DNA of 64,000 nucleotides, taken from the NCBI RefSeq assembly GCF_000315625.1, contig NW_005434654.1, forward strand, positions 697,881 through 761,880, written 5' to 3'. The number at the start of each line of letters is the position of its first letter. The stretch's first letter is position 1. This DNA comes from Guillardia theta CCMP2712. Taxonomy: Eukaryota > Protista > Cryptophyta. Both the position numbers and the translations under genes were made by a program. This document shows positions 22,522-32,007 of the stretch, piece after piece. A model generated the notes under the pieces. That model ran no database searches. It saw only the letters and a program-made list of their open reading frames with translations, and was not told the DNA's origin.

Positions 22522-25443
22522 TTAAGGTAAAGACTCTAACGAAGCGCCCGCGCCTTCCCTCCAACTCCTTCCCCCCTCACAAGGCAACAGAGCTCGCACG
22601 AACTCGGGCGAGCATGCGATGCTATCCACCGCAGCTGTTGCTTGTAAGCTTTGAGCAAGGTACATCGCCTCGCCAATGGCTTGAAAGCGCGGCTGTTGCT
22701 TTCCCATTGTTCCTGCCACACAAGACCCAACGGCTATGCCAATGCGACAGGAGATGCGCTGGCCGGCCTTGCGGCTCTCGACGTCGACGACGGAGAGCAT
22801 GGTTTCAGCAAGAGCCATCATCATGTGGCAGACCAGCCGTTCTTGCGACTCCTCAAGCCAACCAGCGCAGATGTACTCGTCACCAATAGTGTCGAGCTTG
22901 AAAATGCGTCGCTCAGGAACAGCTTCGTCGAGCTTCGAGTAGATTTGATGGATCAGCGTCGCCACTTGCAGGGGCTCCAGCCTCGCTGCTATACTCGTGT
23001 AGTCGCAGAGGTCCAGTCTGAGGACAACGGCCTTCCTGTAGGTTGACGAGACTTCGCCAGTGTCTGCCGCCTCTCTGATCACATCCCGTGGGAACAAGTC
23101 ATTCAAGACGCGGTAGACAGCACGGTACTCCATCTTATGCCGCTGAAGGGAGCACCACTGCCTCCTCTGCGTCGATTGGCTCTCCTTGAGGATCCTATGG
23201 CTGAAGTAGGCGACGGCAAAGAGAATAAGGAAGATGCCCTTGTTGGCTTGAGGCCAGAGCAAGAGAGTAATCACAAGCTGGACGGGGAAGGTGAAGAGGA
23301 GGAAGCGGCGATGCCAGGCTACAGGCATGTCGGTCTGTTGCAAATTGATCCACGAGAACATAGGGCCAAAGATAACGAACAAGCCCGTCGCTCGCGTCCA
23401 ACGCACGCACAGTAGCATGACAACGTGGTGAAGGGCATGGGCTGCTAGGTAGGAAAGCTGCCACTTGCTCAAGGAGGTGACAGCCTGCTGAATGCCCTGC
23501 ACTCGAGCCCGCCCCATTCGTAGAGCAAGCAAGGCAAAGCGTCCTCCATACAGGCAGAGAGCGATGAAGACAGCGCATATGATTGTCTGCGCCATCCGCA
23601 CTTGAGTTTGGAGCTCATGTGCCACGGGAGATGCAATAGAAAAGAAGGTGAGCTGCGTCGTGTTGTAAAATACAACGAAGGTCATCACCATGTACGAGAG
23701 GCTCCCGAAGAACAATCGCTGTGTGGAGATGATGTACCTGCTCATCTGAAACTTGCACTCAACGTCTCTCTCTGCAAAAACAACATTGGACGAGCAGATG
23801 TCATACTTGGAGGACACCGTGGAAAAGCGATGCTCGCCGTCCAGCCAGGCCATGATTGGGTCGATTTTTACGCTCGCCTTAGGAGACTGCAAGAGCTTGA
23901 CGTACGGCTGGGAGAATCGCCGCATGCTTAAAGATTGCGCACCGATCTCTCTGGCGTTGCTCTGAGCTCGTTGGCAAGTGCTGGGAATGAGGAGGAAAGT
24001 TTTCATCATTCCTTTCCCTTTGACGTGAATTTCCTCTCTTTCAACCACGTTCACATCGCTGGACCTGCTGACTGTGAGCATGCTGTGAAACTCTGAGGTG
24101 CAAAGGATGCTGCCGGGCTGTGAGTGTGAGCACATGCGGGCACTGGTGTTGACCGCATCCCCAAACAAGCAGTAAAAACGCCTTGTCTTCCCCACGATAG
24201 CTCCAGCTAGAGGTCCACACGCAATACCCACCTTTGCCCACAAGGCCTCGCCTTCAAGACTCTTGCACTTGCTGGCCTCGGCGATAAGAGCCTTGGCGAT
24301 AAGAACGGCTTCCCTCACGCATCGCTCTTTGTATTGCTCGAGATGCTCTGGGACGTGGAAAGGATGAGAAGTGCGGGGGCAGCAGATGACGTAGGTGTCG
24401 TTGATGTGATGGTACTTGAAGAAGCCGAAGCCGTCAACGATGCTGTCGAAGGCCGTGTAAATCTCGTCGATGAGCTTGAACGTCTCCAGGGCACGGGAGC
24501 TGGCGAAGGCTGTGGCAGACGGGGAGAGACTAACGAACAAGACGATGCAGAACTCCATCTTGGCAGCGATCAACGTGTCTGTCTCCTGTCCCTTCAGTCG
24601 CTGGTGTAAGGACTTGGGGATGAGGGTTGCGAGGAGGTCGGAGGTCTTGCAGGTGAGGGTCTCTACGTCTCTCTCCCTCGCGTGCTCCCTCCTCGCTGCC
24701 TCGCGCTTGTAGCCGCACACAAACACACTCGAGATGGTAAGCGTAAGATGAAGAACGACCGCAGACAGCCACGAGCGCAGACCGACGCCGGTCACCAAGC
24801 CTGCAGCTGCCAGGCACAGCACCTGTGTCAGAGCGATGACGAGGCACGTCCGTCCGCTCACTCCCGCAGCATACGGGAAGAGATAGCCCAGCACTGCGTA
24901 GACTGTGAATGTCTCTGGGGTCGTTAACTTGGAAATGCAGCCTGCATCTTCGCAGCTGTACTCCGTGCAGAAATTCTGCATGGTGGAAAGAGGATCTGAA
25001 TCAACGCAGTGCCAGTGCCAGGGGATGCCATGGCGGTAATCGATGGTCATGTTGACATGGGGGGACATGTAATTCAAACTCCTCGACCGGCGAATGTCCG
25101 CGATAACTCGTCTAACGACCTCAAGCTCGAAGAGGATGGTGATGAGAGTGAAGAAAAATATCTCCTTGTTGATAAGCCTGGAGAGCCTGCGGTATGGCGC
25201 TAGAAGATGGTAGATCCCTCCTCCTAAGATGCTGATGACTGACGAGCTTAAGAACAAGAGCCCATGCAGACACCTCCACTGCACGTCCCCCCCACACAGG
25301 TCTCCGATCAGGATCCTCGTGCCATAGATAAGAAACAAGACGCTCATGGACATCAGCAGTTTTTTCATCGTGCTGCGGTGAGCCATGAAGTATTGTACAT
25401 CAAAGTCTTGAGTTTGAGCTGAGTGATCGACCTCTTCCGGCAT
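22522..25443 (-). CDS. Membrane class III adenylyl/guanylyl cyclase, TM-cyclase-TM-cyclase, 973 aa
   Basis: Two hydrophobic blocks. C1: GIACGPLAGAIVG..FYCLFGDAVNTSARM..VKGKGMMKTF. C2: VLRLDLCDYT..FKLDTIGDEY..RIGIAVG. Confidence 0.92.
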   Translation of the reverse strand: MPEEVDHSAQTQDFDVQYFMAHRSTMKKLLMSMSVLFLIYGTRILIGDLCGGDVQWRCLHGLLFLSSSVISILGGGIYHLLAPYRRLSRLINKEIFFFTLITILFELEVVRRVIADIRRSRSLNYMSPHVNMTIDYRHGIPWHWHCVDSDPLSTMQNFCTEYSCEDAGCISKLTTPETFTVYAVLGYLFPYAAGVSGRTCLVIALTQVLCLAAAGLVTGVGLRSWLSAVVLHLTLTISSVFVCGYKREAARREHARERDVETLTCKTSDLLATLIPKSLHQRLKGQETDTLIAAKMEFCIVLFVSLSPSATAFASSRALETFKLIDEIYTAFDSIVDGFGFFKYHHINDTYVICCPRTSHPFHVPEHLEQYKERCVREAVLIAKALIAEASKCKSLEGEALWAKVGIACGPLAGAIVGKTRRFYCLFGDAVNTSARMCSHSQPGSILCTSEFHSMLTVSRSSDVNVVEREEIHVKGKGMMKTFLLIPSTCQRAQSNAREIGAQSLSMRRFSQPYVKLLQSPKASVKIDPIMAWLDGEHRFSTVSSKYDICSSNVVFAERDVECKFQMSRYIISTQRLFFGSLSYMVMTFVVFYNTTQLTFFSIASPVAHELQTQVRMAQTIICAVFIALCLYGGRFALLALRMGRARVQGIQQAVTSLSKWQLSYLAAHALHHVVMLLCVRWTRATGLFVIFGPMFSWINLQQTDMPVAWHRRFLLFTFPVQLVITLLLWPQANKGIFLILFAVAYFSHRILKESQSTQRRQWCSLQRHKMEYRAVYRVLNDLFPRDVIREAADTGEVSSTYRKAVVLRLDLCDYTSIAARLEPLQVATLIHQIYSKLDEAVPERRIFKLDTIGDEYICAGWLEESQERLVCHMMMALAETMLSVVDVESRKAGQRISCRIGIAVGSCVAGTMGKQQPRFQAIGEAMYLAQSLQATAAVDSIACSPEFVRALLPCEGGRSWREGAGASLESLP

Positions 25444-25750
25444 CTCCTACTGTCGGGCGGGTCGTTCAAGGCAGAGGCCTCAGGTGAGGGCGAGAGTCGT
25501 CACAGAGCATGCAAGCTGAAGCTACATAGCGTCTGATCCTCCTTCCCCTCAACTTCGTCTTCTCTCACGCTGCTCACGCCCTCCTTCCACTACCCCTTGG
25601 CCCCCGCATGACCACAGGATGACAGACGGGATCAGGTACATTATAGGACATCCCTTTTACTTATCGCAGATATGGTACAAACTTCAAGCCCGCCCAGGTT
25701 GGTGGGAGGCTGGGTTGAAGAGCGCATTTGAGGGAGGAGGAGCGACAAGA

Positions 25751-26433
25751 ATGCTGGGAAGCGCTCGAAGATCGCTGCTTGCCGGTGTCGCCGTCTTCAA
25801 CCTTGTGGCCCCCTTGAATGCATACTCCAGCAGCTTCGTGCAGATTTCGGGCGGCTTCTCGAGGTTTCTTCTCTCAAGACGAGATGCTCTGCGCGCTTGT
25901 CGACAAGTTTCGCCATGCGGTGCCCCACAAAATGTTGTCGAGCAGGGCGTAAGCTTTTTTGTTTGTGCAGTGAATATATGGCGAGCATGCGCTGTCTCTG
26001 CATGTGATGATGGGGCTGGAGGAGATGAAAGGAGCAGCAAGGCTCTCGCTGGAAGTGTTTATGCCATTACAGGGTGACCACTGGGGTGACCGCGCCGAGC
26101 TCACTCATAGCACCTTCAGGAATTTCAGGCAAAGACGGGAGGAAACGATCAAGCAGATGGAAACTCTCGGGTGCCAGTTGAGCCCGACGGTTCACAAGCG
26201 AGTAGAGTTTGTACTGTGCGATGACGACGCCTTGACTTCAGAGACAAAACATGTAAGCACAGAAAAAGAGGCGTTTTTTAACGACCCTTCAGGTCAGGAA
26301 AGCAGCCAAGTACAAGATCCCTCTCGTCTCAATCCAGTATGTGGAGGAGTGTGTTCAATTGGGGAAGAAGCTTCGCCCAGAGGATTTCGACAAGACAAGG
26401 AGGATTTCTGGTCTGCAACTAGAACAGGAATGA
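25751..26433 (+). CDS. Small spliced BRCT-domain protein with an N-terminal signal peptide
   Basis: Spliced exons give IKQMETLGCQLSPTVHKRVEFVLCDD..KH|VRKAAKYKIPLVSIQYVEECVQLGKKL (BRCT pattern). N-terminus MLGSARRSLLAGVAVFNLVAPLNA-YSSSF. Confidence 0.65.
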
Positions 26434-26596
26434 AAGGGATGGGAATGACAGTGAATCAAAGACATTCCGTGGAACTTCTTGTTTTCCACTAATCTGTCTC
26501 GTGCATAGTGAAAGAAATCAGCTTCTTGGGGAGATAACCGAAAAAAAAGCTTTCTATTCAACACCCAATAATAATTGTATTGACTATGAAATCCTT

Positions 26597-27928
26597 TCAG
26601 TTTTCACGCCTGAAGAGATGCTTTGCCAAGGATGCATGAAAAAGCTTTTCTTCAAGGTCATGATCAAGTCCAGTGATTGTTTCCTTTAGTCTCTGCTCAA
26701 GCTTGTTCTCCGGCACTTGAGAGTTATCCTCCGCGATTGATTGTATCAGATTCGTTCCCATGTCTGCTTGCTTGCGAGAGTCGGTCGCTACAGAGGCGGG
26801 TGGTTTCATACTCCGCTGGAGATCATGTAGACCTGCATCCAACTGCTGCCTCATGGATTTTTCAAGTTTGATTCGTGACATAGAATGGCCGTCCTTCACT
26901 TGGAGCGCCGTTCCATCCTTCAGATTACCAAACAACAAAGCAGTTGGCTGATAATTTTTTGCATCCAACTGCACAGGGTGGTTTGCTTCCCAATGCTTGG
27001 CTGTGTCCCATTTGGCCGTCATCAATTCCTCCTTGCTCAAAGCCGCAGACTCTTCTTGCTTAAACATGCTTGCTTCTTTTTCATTCAGCTTCTTCAGAAA
27101 CGATTCTGCAAAATTTCCTTGAAGTGTTGAAGTATGGTGTGCTTCCATGGGTTTACTCGTGTGGGCATTACTCCACATTTTCTTCAGATCTCGTTCTGCT
27201 TTTCGATTCAGCAGATCTTTCATTCGCTCCTTGATGGACAGCGGATTCATCTTATGTGCAGGCATTTGTACACTTGCACGCGCTGCCATCATGGTGGCCT
27301 GAATTGCCTTCTTGCTGGCACCCTTTGAGGGAGAGCTTGCTGCCTTGCTTTTGTGCTCTTGCGACTTGTGAGGTCTGCCATGCAGAATGGCTTCAGCAAG
27401 ACGAATTTTGTCGCTCAAATCCACTGTTGAACGACCCATATGTGATTTACTGACTGTCTTCATCTTGCTTGTGTGAGCAGGGGCCTCGACAAAATGACTC
27501 TTGTGAAGCATCGAAGGCGATTGATTTATGACGTCGGCAACTTTGATTTGTTGTTGCAGTTTCGGATTGATCGCCAGAGACGAAAGCTTATGCTTACCAT
27601 GTTGCAGTGATGTTGCTATAGCATCTTCCTCTCCGTGATTGAAGCGAAATCCTGCCTTTCTTAGTGCATTTGCGTACAGATGCCCCTCGTCAACTTCACT
27701 GTCTTGCATGAGAGTCCTCTTGATGATTCGCTTGAGAGTAGAGCCATCGCCATGCGTCTGAGAGATCAAAGTGTTGCTGGTACGATATTTCATGAAAACT
27801 ATCGTAGCGATCATCGAACAAGCCATCATCCCAATCCCCATGCCTATCGCAGTTCGGCGAGCCATACCCGACACCATTTCCCCCTGACTCTTCACACGAT
27901 GGTGGATCCTCATCCCCACTATGTCCAC
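26597..27928 (-). CDS. Hypothetical protein with an N-terminal membrane anchor
   Basis: 443-aa ORF with one hydrophobic segment (IGMGIGMMACSMIATIVFM); no recognisable domain. Confidence 0.7.
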   Translation of the reverse strand: MDIVGMRIHHRVKSQGEMVSGMARRTAIGMGIGMMACSMIATIVFMKYRTSNTLISQTHGDGSTLKRIIKRTLMQDSEVDEGHLYANALRKAGFRFNHGEEDAIATSLQHGKHKLSSLAINPKLQQQIKVADVINQSPSMLHKSHFVEAPAHTSKMKTVSKSHMGRSTVDLSDKIRLAEAILHGRPHKSQEHKSKAASSPSKGASKKAIQATMMAARASVQMPAHKMNPLSIKERMKDLLNRKAERDLKKMWSNAHTSKPMEAHHTSTLQGNFAESFLKKLNEKEASMFKQEESAALSKEELMTAKWDTAKHWEANHPVQLDAKNYQPTALLFGNLKDGTALQVKDGHSMSRIKLEKSMRQQLDAGLHDLQRSMKPPASVATDSRKQADMGTNLIQSIAEDNSQVPENKLEQRLKETITGLDHDLEEKLFHASLAKHLFRREN

Positions 27929-29527
27929 AGCCAGGCGTTACAGACCAGTTGCAGACTGGTTGCAGAGCAACACGATCGTTCCAAGAACGTTACAAGAACG
28001 TTACTGGCTTCCAGGAAACAAATTTACTACACGGACTTCAGTTTTAAAACGAATAGGGTTTTAAAATCCACTTTTAAAAACTTTTTGCGACCCCGACTGC
28101 CTGTTGACCCCAGTTGCAGCCATGGGTGGTACCCCTCAACTTTTTGTTTACCTCGATGTACGAGGATGATACTCAAAAATTGGAATTTTTGAGGTAGGGG
28201 TGGACACCCAAGGGATGTTGTCGAAATGAAACTAGCCTGTTGACCCACAACGTCGACTCCGTGCCGCGTGAAGTTTTTTTTTTTAAATCAAAATCTTTTT
28301 AGAGCCGAACAATATACATTACACTGAGGTACAATTGTTATAAGCTTGGTATAATTTGGTAGGATTTTCTATCTCGATTGTTTTTTGCTGGTACTAACAT
28401 GTGGCAAAACGTGATTTGCCGTAGTAACCTTCAACCCGCTGCCTCCAACGAAGAAGGGTGGGGTATTATCTTGTGACATAGGGTGGGGTAGTAGATTTTG
28501 ACCCAACCCCATTAGATACCACATTAGCACCCCTCTAAAAGACCCATATTAGCACCCATCCGAGACATCAAGTTCAGCAAAGGATTTGTTCTTTCGGGGG
28601 GCAGGGTAGGGTAGTGTAAGTGAGATGGTAGGTCATGGGTCCACGAGAGGCCGATACAATTTCACAGGGGGTGGGGTACATTGTGGTAGGAGATCGAGCT
28701 GTGAGGAGGGTCGGGGGCACTAGTAGCCCAAACCAGACAAGGAGGGTAGGGTTGTCTCATTCAAGGGGGAGCAACAGGGTAGGTAGGGAAAGGACACCAA
28801 ATCGATCGGTGGCAGGGTGGGTATAATGACCTATGAATATCCTTGGGGTGGTGACAGTCCCATACGAATCGCTAGCAGATAGCCAGGAGTGATAGGACTC
28901 TTCACCTTAGGAGAATGTCCTGTTTGAGATTACGGTAGGAAGGGTAGGGGTACATGGTGACCAGGGGGTAGTGCCAGTAGGGTAGGATAGGGTGGGGTTG
29001 AAAGAATCAAACCGAGCAAAACTGAAACATCTCGTAGAGATAGGAAGGAGAGCACAAGCTTTGCTTGAAGTGCTTGCACACAATCGAGTAGGTTTTCACT
29101 CTGCTGTGTGTGTGAGAGTGAGTGAGTGAGTGAGAGAGAGAGAGCTATTGAATTTTTGATCCTGTCTGTGGAAATCTCATCGTGAAAAGAAGCTCTTCAG
29201 AAAGAAGTTTACTAAATTTCAACCGACTGTTGAATAAGTTGTGCCGAAGCTCGTGATTGTTATCAGGTTTCGAGAAGCGACAAAGAAGTGAAAAATATTG
29301 CAGTCACTGTACCAACATTATTTGCGGAAGTTTGATTCTCTACAAAGCCATTTCTGAATTGATCAATAGTGAGCAAACCGGTATCAAGCGTGGCGGTCAG
29401 AAGGTTGGATCAGCGAGAACTTTTTGGACTGTGGTGATAAGCTGGATGCGATAGTGGTGTCTACTACATTCTTTGACGCCAATCTTAGTGAAGTGAAGTA
29501 ATCCTTGAACATCAGTTCTCTTCTGAA

Positions 29528-30878
29528 ATGACTCAAGTTATGATGCCAATGCAATTAAGTGGATCCATTCTGCCAGCCCCAACAAATTTTCAACAATTTC
29601 AATCCCAATGCATCGCGGGGATGATGATCAACGAAGTTCAGAGGAGCGTGAAATTGAACTCCCAAGGCGACTTGTTGCATACCGTTTTTCAAGATCTGGA
29701 AACAAGGTTAATATTTTTGCTTGATTTTGGCGATGTTGTCTTATTTTCTGCCCAGGTTCATCATTAATTGTCCCTCCGAAGATGATTCTAACCAAGAGCT
29801 CATGCTCTTGATGTTTGAAGTTGAAAAGGCGCACTGGTACTATGTGGATTTTTGGAGGAAACAACATCCACATCTTCCTGCTTACAGTTTGAAAGAGTTT
29901 GGTGGGCATCTCTTTCGCCACTCTATGCTCCTTCAAGCATTCAGTCCAAATTATGATTCAATCTACAGCGAATGGCTTGTTTACAAACGAGCAGTTCCCA
30001 CGTTTGGAGCATGTATTCTAAATCAAGACTGTACAAAAATTCTTCTGGTGAGAGGTTGGAATTCCAAGACATGGGGTTGGCCCAAGGGCAAGGTAAACAA
30101 AAGTGAACAAGATGCGATTTGTGCTGCTCGGGAAGTAATGGAGGAGATCGGTTTTGATATTCTGCCCTTCATCAACGAGAAAGACACTATACATGCTAGC
30201 TTGCGAGAGCACCACATGAAGCTATATGTGATTTCTGGGATTTCAGAATCAACTGTCTTTGAAACAAGGACTAGGCAAGAGATTTCCGAGATTGCATGGC
30301 ATCCCCTTAACGAGATTGGGCAAGATCGGGACTCAAACAAATGCAAATATTACAGTGTCGCTCCCGTCCTTGCACAGCTCAGATCATGGATTGCCCAGCA
30401 GAAACGATCTCTGTCACGCAGCAAGACACCAGTGCGTTTTGTGAAAGATGAATCCAAGTCTCAGAGTCGTCGATCCACCACTCCCAGTAAGTCAGATGCG
30501 AAGGCGAAAAAGAACAAGGGGGTTGCAGGTGATTTCCACGAAGTTGACGCCGCGGGTGTTGTTCGTAACAATGCTGCCACATTTGGAACCTTCTCAGGGG
30601 AATCAAAGGGTTTCTCAGCCGAAGAGATGTTCCGTGTCAACGAAGAAAACTTCGGAATAACCACGACATATTCTTTCGAACAGTACACGACTGCTCTCCC
30701 TGGACAACAGTCGACCACGATTGAAAATCCGTCCGAACCAAAGTTGTATGCAGAACGATTTCGCCAATGCAATGTTTGTGATGGAGTCCAATCGACCAAG
30801 TCCGAGGCCACAACTGGGAGCAGCTTTCTTGGCTTCAAATTTGATGTGGACGAAATCATGGGCACTTTGCCCATGTAA
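29528..30878 (+). CDS. DCP2: mRNA-decapping enzyme Dcp2 (Box A + Nudix), one intron at ~29707-29755
   Basis: QDLETR|FIINCP..FEVEKAHWYYVDF..YKRAVPTFGACILN..WGWPKGKVNKSE..CAAREVMEEIG. Confidence 0.95.
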
Positions 30879-31067
30879 CTTGCAACATGGTGAAGCGAAG
30901 GGTTAGCCGACAGCCCTTGCCTAGATCCGGTATATGATAGGTGATAGGCTCAACTACTGATCGGGATGTGGTGTGTACACTTTCACCCACATCTGACTGC
31001 GTTGGAATGTCTCTCACTGAGAGATCTGGGTTCGATTCCCAGACGGTCTATTTTCAACAAACGATAA

Positions 31068-31907
31068 TCATTCGATCTCATCAGGTAGCAGTTGGTTGGG
31101 TATGCTCACTTCCCATATTCCAGGTTTGCCTGGAACAGTCAAAGGTCTTTTCAGCCAGTAAGTGCGAAGTATCGGGGTAAGAAATTTGCCCATGTCCTCT
31201 CTGGCGGCGACAACCGCAGATTCAATCTTGGGTTGTCCTCTTTCCTCGTAGGTTCCCAGCCATGTTTCTCCTAGTTCGACTATCCCTACGATATCACCTG
31301 GTGCAAAGTCGTCTGGCAAGCTACATAGATCCGAAATCTGACTTGCTGTAAGACCTTGGCTGATCAGGACGTCCCTGTACTTGCTATCCTTCCATGGTTT
31401 CCGGCCTACATGCAACGCAAACAAACCTTTAGATTGAAAGAAAAGGTTTGAATTGCGACTTTCAATCGTCTTATGGTTCTTCATCAGCAAACTGGCAAAA
31501 GGCTGTGACATGCTGAAACATTTGAACATCGTTCGATCACCGAGTAATTCGACCTTCTCGGCATACAATCTATCTTTTGCATCATCGTATGCCAGGAAGA
31601 AGGATACTTCATCTTCTGTTGACAGGATCGTTGGATTGTTGGGCAAGATCTTTGACGAATGGACGAACACGTCGCGATCAAGTGTTTCAGAGGTGATGAA
31701 CCCATAGCGCCTGGCAGCATCAAATCGACTACATTTTCCTTGAAGGCGCTGTCCTCGCAGACCTGAATGGCTTTCTCCACTGCTGTGACTCGCCATGAGG
31801 CCTCTGACGCTTCTGGCCGCATTCCTCTCTACACTTGCTAGGCTGCTGGTGGGCGGGGATGGCAGGGCATGAAGCAACACTGTGACCATGGCCAGCATTT
31901 CTTGCAC
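31068..31907 (-). CDS. Cold-shock domain + ASCH (EOLA1/CXorf40-like) fusion protein
   Basis: CSD: RFDAARRYGFIT..DVFVHSSKI. ASCH: CFSMSQPFASLLMKNHKTIESR..ALHVG..GDIVGIVELGET..VPGKPGIWEV. Confidence 0.85.
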   Translation of the reverse strand: MQEMLAMVTVLLHALPSPPTSSLASVERNAARSVRGLMASHSSGESHSGLRGQRLQGKCSRFDAARRYGFITSETLDRDVFVHSSKILPNNPTILSTEDEVSFFLAYDDAKDRLYAEKVELLGDRTMFKCFSMSQPFASLLMKNHKTIESRNSNLFFQSKGLFALHVGRKPWKDSKYRDVLISQGLTASQISDLCSLPDDFAPGDIVGIVELGETWLGTYEERGQPKIESAVVAAREDMGKFLTPILRTYWLKRPLTVPGKPGIWEVSIPNQLLPDEIE

Positions 31908-32007
31908 GATTGGGCTTTCGGGTTCGCCTCAAGAAGTTTAGAAGACAGTGGATGTAAATAAGGAAATTCATGCTGGAGATAGATTGCTGTCCTCACCTCC
32001 TCTCGTC

